A stretch of DNA of 47,920 nt from a virus, in the UHGV virus genome UHGV-0243102; one strand, written 5' to 3'. This document shows, piece after piece, positions 18,688 through 27,202 of the stretch. Position numbers and translations under genes: made by a program. The notes below the pieces were generated by a model. The model had not been told where the DNA came from, did no database searches, and was given only the letters and a program-made list of their open reading frames with translations. The first letter of the stretch is position 1, and each line of letters starts with the position of its first letter.

Positions 18688-19653
18688 TTAGCCCAGGCGT
18701 TCCTGAGCTTCGTAAAGTTGACGCAGGCGGGTCTGAGATGCTTCATCTTTGAACCAACCCTCATAATCGTCACGCATGCGTTTTTCGAGAGTTGCAATTT
18801 CGTCGGTAATCGCCTGTGGATTGCTGGCACCCGGAACCACTGTTGCCACCGGGTTCACCGCGCGGGCGACATCAACCAGCCATTTCGCCACGTCAGGATT
18901 ATTGAAAATGCTGACTCCGTCTCCGGTCTGTGCGCCAAGGAACAAATCCTTCGCATCCTTCGACAGACCATCCAGCATGCCGTTAATCAGGTTGATATTT
19001 CGGCGGTATTCCGGCCCCCACTCCTGGCGCAATGCATCTTCCGTCTTCTGTTGGGCTTCGACATTGCGCTCATAGCGGGCCTGCATCTCCTGCTCGACCA
19101 TCTGCTGGTTCCACTCAATGGCGGCCTGCACATGTTCTTTGGAAACGTTCTTGCCGTGCATCGCTTCGAGGAAGGACGATACACGCTCTTTATCTTCATC
19201 CCCCAGAACTATGCCTGACGGCAAATCAGCCAGGTAATCATCGGCCTTCTCTGGCACACCGTTATCTTTGCGCCATTGCGCCAGCTCTTCATTGGTCGGA
19301 TTTTCCGGCAACTTAGCAGCGCGGAATTCACCAGAGCTCATCTTGGATTGTAGTTCGCGATGAGCTTTTGCCAGCGCTTCAGGTGAAGCGTAGCGTTCCA
19401 GCTGTTTACGATACTTCGCATCATCGCCGGCAAGCTGATCGCGCCAGTTATCAGGAAACTTTTGTGGTGCTGCTGGCGGCTGTGGATCATCCGTATTTAG
19501 CGGATTAGGGTTGGGGTTAGGCTTACCTTGTTCGCCTTGCTGACCACTTTCAGGCGGTTCCTCCCCATCCGGACTACCACCAGCGGGAGCGCCGGGGTCA
19601 CCGTTTCCATCATCTGGGGCGTAGTATTTTAAGAACATGTTGCGGAATAGCAT
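18688..19653 (-). CDS. Scaffolding protein (321 aa).
   Basis: Acidic, Pro/Gly-rich N-terminus and extensive coiled coil. It lies between the portal and capsid genes. Confidence 0.5.
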   Translation of the reverse strand: MLFRNMFLKYYAPDDGNGDPGAPAGGSPDGEEPPESGQQGEQGKPNPNPNPLNTDDPQPPAAPQKFPDNWRDQLAGDDAKYRKQLERYASPEALAKAHRELQSKMSSGEFRAAKLPENPTNEELAQWRKDNGVPEKADDYLADLPSGIVLGDEDKERVSSFLEAMHGKNVSKEHVQAAIEWNQQMVEQEMQARYERNVEAQQKTEDALRQEWGPEYRRNINLINGMLDGLSKDAKDLFLGAQTGDGVSIFNNPDVAKWLVDVARAVNPVATVVPGASNPQAITDEIATLEKRMRDDYEGWFKDEASQTRLRQLYEAQERLG

Positions 19654-19688
19654 TGGAATTCCTCAATAAAAAACCCGCACGAAGCGGG

Positions 19689-19982
19689 TTATTTTTGTTT
19701 CCGTTTGGCTTTCGCCTCTTCAACTTCCTTCGACGAAAGATTATTCATCTTCACCACTTGAGCCCCGACGAATCGTTTACCCTCAGCAAATGCCGTGTCG
19801 CGATCGCTATCTGGCCTGTAACTCAGGTCGTAATAGCCGGTCAGATTCATAAGCTCATGCAGAATTAACTTTTGTTGCTCTGGCGTGGCCTCGCCTTTGT
19901 TTAGCGCCTTTATCGCATAAACGAAGGGGATATTGTCACCCCACGGATACGGCAAATAAGGTTCAGGAGCTTTTATGCTCAT
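19689..19982 (-). CDS. Hypothetical protein (97 aa) between the portal and scaffold genes.
   Basis: An ORF only. Its 4-nt overlap with the portal stop suggests translational coupling. Confidence 0.3.
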   Translation of the reverse strand: MSIKAPEPYLPYPWGDNIPFVYAIKALNKGEATPEQQKLILHELMNLTGYYDLSYRPDSDRDTAFAEGKRFVGAQVVKMNNLSSKEVEEAKAKRKQK

Positions 19983-21595
19983 GCGGCTGCCTCCCTGAAG
20001 GACTGAGCGGCATCAGCCACATTTTGCAGCGTTTGGGCTCCCTGCGCCACTTGCTGCATCTCTGCGGCGCCTTGCTGCTGCTGAGCCTGTTGCTGGAGAA
20101 TTTGATTCGCATCATCTTCGCTACGCAGCCACTTAGCCGGTACACCTGAACCATCCATTGCGTCCCTAAACGCTGTACGAATATCAACGTCAGCATCGAC
20201 AGAAGGATCAATGTTTCTCGCAATCCCAAGCATCTCGGCGGTTACCTGCAGTTTGCCTTGCTTCTCCTGCCCGATAGCAGACTGGAGCGGGCTCTCGAAG
20301 GAGAACTGCACATCCTGCCCCTGAAGGGATTCAGGAATGTCATAGCGGGAACCGAACGCACCGGATTGCATCAGCAGGTTAAACGTCATATCGCAGAGCT
20401 CGCCGTTGTACTCCTGCTCTACCGGAGAGAACAGCGGCAGCGCCTGACGAATGTACTCTTGCACCCGCTGGCTGACCTCATACGCCGTCATGCCAGACAT
20501 CTGCGGCAATGTCAGGGTGTTGAGATAAAACGCCTGATGAATCATTGCCTGGACATCATTGCGGATGTTCATGCCGGCAGGGAGTTGCGTTGGCTTCGTA
20601 AACTCGCCGATAACTTGCCTGATGTCCTGATCCGCCTCAAGGTCTGCCCAGGTGATACCACCTGCCATCAGGTTAAAGTCATCGCGAAATACAGACTTGT
20701 TCGCCACCAGCGGCGGGTCAACAGCCTTTTCGCCAGCTTCGAGAAGGACACGAGTGATTGACTGAATCAGGCGCGCATCCGGCAAAGCCACGATAGTGGC
20801 CGGAGAGTAAGCATACTGAGAACCAGATACCGTTTGCCATCGAGGGATACAGTAAATCCGGTTCATTACCGGCGTTTCTTCCATCACATGCTGATTATCA
20901 ACATCAATATAAACCGACGTGTACGGCGCACGGCTTTTCCCCATCTCGTATTGTTCAGACGGAACAACAATATGTCGGCAATTGACCTCTTTGTACGGGT
21001 CTTTCTCCAGATGATTTTTGACCTGCTGACTGATTTTATTGCCGAAAAGCTGCTTCAACTGGGTCGCTGTAGGCTTCCACTTCCGGTGAATGGTGTCGAT
21101 CTCGCCGTCCGCGTTTTCTGCCCACGCCACGTCCCGGAGATGCCAGCAGCGATACAGCAGGCCATTAGCATGTCTGTTAAGTTCAACGCTGATCGCACAC
21201 TGGCCGAATGCTGAGAAGTCGTGATCGCCCTCTTTGGTGGCCCTGACCAGTTGAGTTCCTCTCGCATACATTGCCCGATACTGAACATCTCTGGCCCATT
21301 GCAGCCAGACTTTTGCCTGGTGGTCGGGTTCACTGCCCTGAATATTCAGATTGAACCACTTATCACGCCTCAGCATTGAGCCAAAGGAATCTCCCAGGTC
21401 ACGACGCGCCAGTACGGGGTAGCTGGTCATTAGATGATCCGCGAACTCATTACCCAGCGAACGGCAGATAGTGAAGTCAGCCCGCTCAGGATAAAAGTTA
21501 TCGGCGATTTCCTGCCAGAGCGACAGCAGAGAGGATTTCTTGCTGAACAAGTGATCGCCGTTCTTTATCAGTTGCTGTGCTCTGCTGTCCATCAT
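19979..21595 (-). CDS. Portal protein (538 aa).
   Basis: Its size (~T7 gp8) and its position immediately after terL and the small ORF. Confidence 0.55.
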   Translation of the reverse strand: MMDSRAQQLIKNGDHLFSKKSSLLSLWQEIADNFYPERADFTICRSLGNEFADHLMTSYPVLARRDLGDSFGSMLRRDKWFNLNIQGSEPDHQAKVWLQWARDVQYRAMYARGTQLVRATKEGDHDFSAFGQCAISVELNRHANGLLYRCWHLRDVAWAENADGEIDTIHRKWKPTATQLKQLFGNKISQQVKNHLEKDPYKEVNCRHIVVPSEQYEMGKSRAPYTSVYIDVDNQHVMEETPVMNRIYCIPRWQTVSGSQYAYSPATIVALPDARLIQSITRVLLEAGEKAVDPPLVANKSVFRDDFNLMAGGITWADLEADQDIRQVIGEFTKPTQLPAGMNIRNDVQAMIHQAFYLNTLTLPQMSGMTAYEVSQRVQEYIRQALPLFSPVEQEYNGELCDMTFNLLMQSGAFGSRYDIPESLQGQDVQFSFESPLQSAIGQEKQGKLQVTAEMLGIARNIDPSVDADVDIRTAFRDAMDGSGVPAKWLRSEDDANQILQQQAQQQQGAAEMQQVAQGAQTLQNVADAAQSFREAAA

Positions 21596-21813
21596 CCACC
21601 CAGTTTGTTATTGCTGCTGCCGGTGAGAATTGTGCTACTTCGACCGCTGCGCTGCTGACTCTGAATCATGCTGCGACGTCGCGCAGCCTTTACGGCGTCG
21701 GTATCTTCAGTCGGTGCCGCTGTCTGGTCTTCACTTTCAACCGTTACGCCGCCGCTCTTGGTTCCTAAAATACTACCGACAACACTACCGATAGCGTCTG
21801 TTGCTTTACTCAT
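21592..21813 (-). CDS. Small hypothetical protein (73 aa) coupled between terL and the portal gene.
   Basis: Overlapping start and stop codons on both sides. Confidence 0.3.
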   Translation of the reverse strand: MSKATDAIGSVVGSILGTKSGGVTVESEDQTAAPTEDTDAVKAARRRSMIQSQQRSGRSSTILTGSSNNKLGG

Positions 21814-23406
21814 TTATCGTCTCCTTTTCTGGTTGGAGTGTCCGAGATTAACTTTCGGCGGCGCATTCCGTGCCCGGTAGCCGCCGCGAACATTCGCCTG
21901 CCTTTCACCATCAAACCAACTCATAACCACGGCGTCGCCCCGGTCAGGAGAACGTCCCAGGCGCTTAACGAGATTTTCTTTCGACTCAAGATGAATGACG
22001 CCGCCGCCATTCCCGCCACGCTTAACCTCATAGGTTGGTGCGGTAAGGTCAGAGAGTAATGTTGGATCGTTTGGGAGGCAGATTGTTGAGCCGCCTGGCT
22101 GGTCAGGATTCAATGCCTCACGTAGTTTCCAGTAAGCCTCGGTTCGAATATTTCTGAACTTCAGCAGGCCATCATGTGTACGTCTGACGGAATCCTTGAT
22201 CCCCATGTACGAAACAGCATCAACGCCGTTTTCACGCAAGTGCGCATAGGCGTCACCACCCCAGCCGCCGCCAATATCAACAATGCATTTGGCGCCATCA
22301 CGGCGCTTGGAGATAACCAGACCAGCAACATCAGTTCCTCCGGGAGTCTCTTTCCCCGGAACTGTGAGCAATTCAGCAAACCAGCCGTCATGGCGGGGAG
22401 ATATCACCGTGTTGTCAGAACCACCCTGCGCAACGTCCACGCCAATGGCACACATTGGAACGCCCGCGGGAGGTTGCGCCGTCCAGCGAGACATTGCCGC
22501 CTGCACCCAGGCTGTGGGGATGCATTGGTTGGGTTCATCCTGAAGCGATGCCCGGAACTGCCCATCGCGGTATGCATCCCGTAATTCTTTTGGAAGGTTG
22601 TTAAGGATACGGGCATATTCACCATCAGCAGCCAGATCGGGATTGTCGCTTAACTTTGCCGGGATGAATGTTCTCGACTTAGCCTCAACCATGAAACCAC
22701 CGATCAAGTGCGGCCCCCGGCCTTCAACCTCCATTTCTTCGCCGACTTCATTTCGAAGATACCAGCGAAGTTCGCCGGGTTTCGCGGGGTTAGGATGCGA
22801 TGGATCAAGCCATGCCCCCCACCGCCGAATAACCCATAGCCCTGTAGCGCTGGTCGGTGGGTTACCAGTAGCCACAACCCGGCATTTTTGCCCCGGAGTC
22901 GTGGAACGGTTCCAGATCGTGATGAACTCGTACTGAGTTTCGAGGAAGTCAGTCACCTCATCGAAACAAATTAAATCGTGAGGATCACCTTTATAGCGCT
23001 GCTTGTCCTCTTCCTGCTCACAGCCGCCGTACTGGATTAGCTGTTTGCCATTCCTCCAGACCAGATCCGAACCATTCCACCCATCACGACCGCCGTCGAA
23101 CAACTTACCGATAAGTTCAGACTCGGCCAGTTTCTTGGCATCTTCGCGGATACGTCGCAAGATGAGTGATCGCTCGTGGCTTGTGACAGCCAGGCCGTTT
23201 ATCAGCGCAGATTTACCACCGCCCGCCTGTCCGCCGTAAAACAGTTCATCGGCATCACAGTAATAAGCGTCAGTCTGAGGGCCAGGATTCGGCACCCAGA
23301 GCATATCTTTTGTCGCGGCCATTACATCATGCTCGACAGCCTTCAATTCTTCAGGGGAAAGAGACTTCAGGCGTTCGAGAACTTCATCAAAAGAAATCCC
23401 GCTCAT
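21814..23406 (-). CDS. terL: Terminase large subunit (530 aa).
   Basis: A Walker A-like YGGQAGGGKS. Its position after terS. A C-terminal acidic nuclease-like region. Confidence 0.75.
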   Translation of the reverse strand: MSGISFDEVLERLKSLSPEELKAVEHDVMAATKDMLWVPNPGPQTDAYYCDADELFYGGQAGGGKSALINGLAVTSHERSLILRRIREDAKKLAESELIGKLFDGGRDGWNGSDLVWRNGKQLIQYGGCEQEEDKQRYKGDPHDLICFDEVTDFLETQYEFITIWNRSTTPGQKCRVVATGNPPTSATGLWVIRRWGAWLDPSHPNPAKPGELRWYLRNEVGEEMEVEGRGPHLIGGFMVEAKSRTFIPAKLSDNPDLAADGEYARILNNLPKELRDAYRDGQFRASLQDEPNQCIPTAWVQAAMSRWTAQPPAGVPMCAIGVDVAQGGSDNTVISPRHDGWFAELLTVPGKETPGGTDVAGLVISKRRDGAKCIVDIGGGWGGDAYAHLRENGVDAVSYMGIKDSVRRTHDGLLKFRNIRTEAYWKLREALNPDQPGGSTICLPNDPTLLSDLTAPTYEVKRGGNGGGVIHLESKENLVKRLGRSPDRGDAVVMSWFDGERQANVRGGYRARNAPPKVNLGHSNQKRRR

Positions 23407-23407
23407 A

Positions 23408-24400
23408 TCATTTCATCGCTTTAGTCAGGGCAAACGCCAGGCGACGCGCAAGCACGTTGAGATCGACAACCTCCCCCTCTTTTTTCTCAGGAGGTTCAAG
23501 TTGTTTGCGGATTTTGTCTACTTCCAGTTGGCGGCGCTCAATCTCCACCTGCTGGATGCGCTGCGCATTCTCCGCATCAGCCAGGCCCAGACGCTTAGCG
23601 ACAGCCTCAAACATCCGTTCACGGCTGATTGAGGTTATTTCGATACCGGCCTTGCCGACCTTCACACCGGAATAAGCCAGCGCGGCCGCATCATCCAATT
23701 TTGTCGAGTCTTGCAGCACTACGCGGCTCACTCCTTCGCCATTACAGCGCGGGCAATCTGGATTAGGATCGAGTGTATGGTTATAGCCATAACCGCCAAC
23801 ATCAACAGGCTCGCGACGTTTGCGCTCAAGCGCTTCAAGCCTCTTCTCTTCGTACTCAACGGCATCACGCCATTGGTACTGGTGACCGAAGCCCCAGCAG
23901 TGACGGCAACAACCGCGGCGATGTTGCGATATCTGGTTGGCGTCGAAGGTGGCCAGTCGCCACATCTGCTCAAGCACTTCGTCAGCGCTGCCGAGTGTGC
24001 GCACAATGGATGCTTTCTGCTGCTGCGTAATTGCCTGCGCAATCTCAACTTTCTTCAACAGACGTTGACCAATTGAGTAAGCAGTCTTTTTGCTGTACCC
24101 GGCACGGATGGCGGCCTGTGTGGCGTTGTTATCCTTCAGGTACTCCGCGACAAATAAACGCTGTTGAACAGTAAGGCCGTCATCATCCACCAACTCTTCT
24201 GCGCACTGTTCCTTTTGCGCAGTGCGCAATTTCTTCTGCGCAGTTTTTTGCGCAGTTTGCGCAGTGGGTTTCTTGATATATCGACGGGCGGTTGCGTAAT
24301 TCAGTCCCTGCGCTTCACACCAATCCTTCGGTGATACGCCGGTTGCGGCATGATCGGACAGGAACCGTTGCTGAAGATCGCCCCAGTCCGGTTTTGCCAT
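23408..24400 (-). CDS. terS: Terminase small subunit (330 aa) with an N-terminal HTH and a C-terminal Cys-rich region.
   Basis: The N-terminus MAKPDWGDLQQRFLSDHAATGVSPKDWCEAQGLNYATARRYIKK is typical of HTH TerS proteins. It lies directly upstream of terL. Confidence 0.65.
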   Translation of the reverse strand: MAKPDWGDLQQRFLSDHAATGVSPKDWCEAQGLNYATARRYIKKPTAQTAQKTAQKKLRTAQKEQCAEELVDDDGLTVQQRLFVAEYLKDNNATQAAIRAGYSKKTAYSIGQRLLKKVEIAQAITQQQKASIVRTLGSADEVLEQMWRLATFDANQISQHRRGCCRHCWGFGHQYQWRDAVEYEEKRLEALERKRREPVDVGGYGYNHTLDPNPDCPRCNGEGVSRVVLQDSTKLDDAAALAYSGVKVGKAGIEITSISRERMFEAVAKRLGLADAENAQRIQQVEIERRQLEVDKIRKQLEPPEKKEGEVVDLNVLARRLAFALTKAMK

Positions 24401-24473
24401 GATGTTTTCCCTGAATTCTGAACATTATCGAAGCCACTCATTGTGAATAGCTTCTGTAATGCCTATGTCATGG

Positions 24474-24983
24474 TTAAACGATTTGCCAGTCTTCGGCCAT
24501 CAGGTCGCCCGTAGACGGTACCCAAGCGCACAATTCATTCTGTGAATTTCTCAGCACAAACATGTCATTGAACGTTGGCTCGCCAACATATTCGCCAAAG
24601 TCATAACCCAGTGCCGACGCTAATTTTTCGCCTTTCACGAGATAAACAAATTGTTCTTTCCCGTTCCATCCCGCCCGCAGCAAACTCTTCCCCTGCTTGA
24701 GCGCTTCAATGGCAAGGCCGAAACTCAGCCCTGATACCGGACGGTAAGCCTTTTCGAATACTTCTTTCGGGCTCCAGCTAACGTAGCCATCAAAGCGATC
24801 GGTGTTAGGTTTTCCGCCGTCCAGATATTCAACCAGATAGCCTTCGTCCGCGCCGTTCTCGTCGGCAGGAAGCTGCCAGCCGCGAAAATCGTTATATGCC
24901 TGTCTCGTCATCGGAAAGGCGTTAATCAGTTTCACGCCAATATGTTGGGTCATTGAACCACCTTCAAGATTAATAATCCCCAT
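24474..24983 (-). CDS. DUF2829-family protein (Tad2-like, candidate anti-Thoeris signal sponge) with an extra ~75-aa N-terminal region.
   Basis: The C-terminal half ALKQGKSLLRAGWNGKEQFVYLVKG ... WVPSTGDLMAEDWQIV matches the DUF2829 pattern as I recall it (ALKxGKKVxRxGWNGKG ... DLLAEDWEIV). The likely real start is 24953. Confidence 0.55.
   Translation of the reverse strand: MGIINLEGGSMTQHIGVKLINAFPMTRQAYNDFRGWQLPADENGADEGYLVEYLDGGKPNTDRFDGYVSWSPKEVFEKAYRPVSGLSFGLAIEALKQGKSLLRAGWNGKEQFVYLVKGEKLASALGYDFGEYVGEPTFNDMFVLRNSQNELCAWVPSTGDLMAEDWQIV
24953..24983 (-). other. Possible 5' leader of the DUF2829 gene, if translation starts at M11 (24953) rather than at 24983.
   Basis: The ORF-track ATG at 24983 is buried in the 3' arm of a 12-bp hairpin. 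The ATG at 24953 has an AAGGTGG Shine-Dalgarno 5 nt upstream. Confidence 0.3.
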
Positions 24984-25016
24984 TAAGGGATAGTGAATGA
25001 TGCCCCCTTAATGGGG
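24978..25016 (-). terminator. 12-bp perfect inverted repeat CCCCATTAAGGG-N15-CCCTTAATGGGG, followed on the minus strand by a U-rich tract. A terminator or attenuator between the lysis operon and the DUF2829 gene.
   Basis: A perfect 12-bp stem directly after the stop of the 25017..25331 ORF. ATTATTAATCTT follows on the transcribed strand. Confidence 0.45.
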
Positions 25017-25301
25017 TTAGCAATCAGAGTCAGGACGGGCTACAGCACGGCACGCCCACATACAGGCCTCTTGCATTTTGGTGCGGGCGATTGCCAGACA
25101 GCGCAAAGCCTCTGCTCTCTCGGTTTCGGCCTGACTACCACGCTCGACAACTTCAGCCGTTGCAACCTCTCGCTCAGTATCGAGCAGACTGCAAAAATGC
25201 CGGCTTACACCTTTGAGGCGGTTCATGCGCTCAATCTCGCCCGCGGTTAATGTGCGGTAGCCCTTTACTGTGGTGCCGTCCTGCGGTTTTGCTTCACTCA
25301 T
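25017..25301 (-). CDS. Hypothetical protein (~94 aa) at the end of the lysis operon.
   Basis: An ORF whose start MSEAKPQ overlaps the Rz1 stop by ATGA. No function recognised. Confidence 0.35.
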   Translation of the reverse strand: MSEAKPQDGTTVKGYRTLTAGEIERMNRLKGVSRHFCSLLDTEREVATAEVVERGSQAETERAEALRCLAIARTKMQEACMWACRAVARPDSDC

Positions 25302-25528
25302 TTCGTAGCCTTTTCGGTTGATTGCGGGCAATTGGCCTGCACTGCTTTGTTGTGCGCCAGAATGTCGCGTTTGGTCTGCTTGTCCAGCGCGTCGATATCA
25401 TGATCTGTCAGGTAGATGATCCGCACCCAGCTGCAGGCGGTATCAACCACCACCGGGGCGGGTAAACTTTTCGCGCAGCTCGCGATCAACATCGTCATCA
25501 CGCATATGGCTAACAGTCTGCTGTGCAT
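25298..25528 (-). CDS. o-spanin (Rz1-like outer-membrane lipoprotein).
   Basis: The internal start MHSRLLAICVMTMLIASCAK carries a lipobox LIAS-C. It overlaps the 3' part of the i-spanin gene in another frame. Confidence 0.55.
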   Translation of the reverse strand: MHSRLLAICVMTMLIASCAKSLPAPVVVDTACSWVRIIYLTDHDIDALDKQTKRDILAHNKAVQANCPQSTEKATK

Positions 25529-25718
25529 TGCTGGCCTCTTGAATAACATCTGCTTTACGTTCTGCCGCGGCGATGCTGGCGGCCGCGTTCTCTTCGGTGC
25601 GCTGCTGTTCGGCTTTGGCTTCCGCCTTGCTGGTCCCGCGCGCATGGCCTAACCCAAACGCGCCTACGATTAAGCCAAGCAGAACGACTACCAACCCGCT
25701 TATAAATTCAAGGCTCAT
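25443..25718 (-). CDS. i-spanin (Rz-like).
   Basis: An N-terminal TM segment followed by a charged coiled coil. It overlaps Rz1. Confidence 0.55.
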   Translation of the reverse strand: MSLEFISGLVVVLLGLIVGAFGLGHARGTSKAEAKAEQQRTEENAAASIAAAERKADVIQEASNAQQTVSHMRDDDVDRELREKFTRPGGG

Positions 25719-26059
25719 TGCACCTCCTGCTGCTCATCGGCTTTTTCTTTCAGCTTTGGCTGTCTGACGTATTGAGAGAGGATGGCGAGCACCACCAGAG
25801 CCGGGCTAATCATCGCCACAACGTTGGGCGGCAAAATACCCTTGATATCCGGCGGCAACATCGCCCAGGCATGAAGAGCTGCGTCAGGAAATGATTGGGC
25901 CCATACACCGACCAACGCGCCGGCAGCGCCTAAGCGGACAGACCATGTTTTAAGCAGTAACCGGGCATGACCAACAAACTCCAGCCGGGAATATTTGCGC
26001 AATAGCAACAGAACGAGCACGGCCACCAGCGCCAGCAGAGCGAAAATAATCATCTTCAT
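25715..26059 (-). CDS. LysA-like membrane protein (putative antiholin / lysis regulator).
   Basis: A 114-aa protein with 2-3 TM segments between the endolysin and the spanins. Its order matches the P2 Y-K-lysA-lysB-lysC cassette. Confidence 0.45.
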   Translation of the reverse strand: MKMIIFALLALVAVLVLLLLRKYSRLEFVGHARLLLKTWSVRLGAAGALVGVWAQSFPDAALHAWAMLPPDIKGILPPNVVAMISPALVVLAILSQYVRQPKLKEKADEQQEVQ

Positions 26060-26598
26060 AGGCTCACCCGCTCTTTAACCCAGCCGTATAGAAACGCTTC
26101 GTTCGCCGGCCTCGCTTCGGCCAACTCAAGATAGCGAGCCCCCTGGCTGCAATTCAGCGCCTTTAGCAGCGTGGCTTCGCCGTCTTTACCACGAACGGCG
26201 AGATAACTTTTCAGGGCGGCGATGGTGAGATTGCCGATTGCACCGTCCGGCTTCAGGTCCGGATAGAGCTTGCCCTGCATATTCAGCGCTGATAACCAGC
26301 GCTGCAGGAATGTACTTGCGACACGCGGCCCCATGTTCACGCCGGTATCACATAACTCCTGCGCAATGGATGGCGACAACTCGGCGATGCGGTCAAACTT
26401 CGGTTCTGTCCAGTATTGCGACAGGTAAATGGCTTTGGCGGTTTCCCGTGGTAACGCCTTCATATCACCTGCGTAACCATATGCGCGGGCGGTAGTCTGC
26501 GTGATACCCCAGCGAGTTGGGCCGCCTTTATCATTCGGGTTATTTACGTAACCCCCTTCTTTGCCGAGAATCCCCTCGATAATCTGATCTGCTGTCAT
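26056..26598 (-). CDS. Endolysin: glycoside hydrolase family 108 N-acetylmuramidase with a C-terminal peptidoglycan-binding domain.
   Basis: MTADQIIEGILGKEGGYVNNPNDKGGPTRWGIT is the hallmark GH108 N-terminus. Confidence 0.8.
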   Translation of the reverse strand: MTADQIIEGILGKEGGYVNNPNDKGGPTRWGITQTTARAYGYAGDMKALPRETAKAIYLSQYWTEPKFDRIAELSPSIAQELCDTGVNMGPRVASTFLQRWLSALNMQGKLYPDLKPDGAIGNLTIAALKSYLAVRGKDGEATLLKALNCSQGARYLELAEARPANEAFLYGWVKERVSL

Positions 26599-26906
26599 GG
26601 CGCCTTAACTCCGGTAATGCGCTCCCAGAAATAGGTCAAAGCAACAGACCCCATTGCCCCGCTAATTCCGGAAGTGGCCAGTATCATGTAAATGCTCAGT
26701 CCGCTTTCAATGCTCACCAGGCCAGCAATAACGCCGGTAAACCCTGAAACCACCATTTGGGCAAGAGCATTGATCAAGCTCCATGTTGCCTTGCTCTGCT
26801 TCACATCTATCAGGTAGCGGACAAGTCCACCCCAGCAAGCAATGATCAGCAGAACCAGCCAGGACATCCCGGCAATGCTCTCTTTGTCTTGCATACGTTT
26901 AGCCAT
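26595..26906 (-). CDS. Holin (~103 aa, 3 TM).
   Basis: The start MAKRMQDKESIAGMSWLVLLIIACWGG sits inside a longer ORF-track ORF. Hydrophobic helices with a charged C-terminus. Its 4-nt overlap with the endolysin start. Confidence 0.55.
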   Translation of the reverse strand: MAKRMQDKESIAGMSWLVLLIIACWGGLVRYLIDVKQSKATWSLINALAQMVVSGFTGVIAGLVSIESGLSIYMILATSGISGAMGSVALTYFWERITGVKAP

Positions 26907-27202
26907 AGTTACCGCCTCCGATGAAAGATCGGGAAGCTGTGTGAATAAATCGGCGGGCTCTGCGCAAGCGCCCTGCGATTGGGTTATGAACCGTCGCAGG
27001 TGAGCCCTGTATGGGGAATGGCCGCCAGTTGGAACAAGGTGAATAACGTTTTGGCGACCAAAAGAGAAAAGGCCCGCGAATGCGAGCCCTAAATGCAGAA
27101 AGCCCCGACGTTTGTCGAGGCTCTTAAATTTTTTCTTCAACGGTGAACATACAATGCCCATCGTTAGAACAAATTAACACGAATTCGGGAAAAGTAAATA
27201 TC

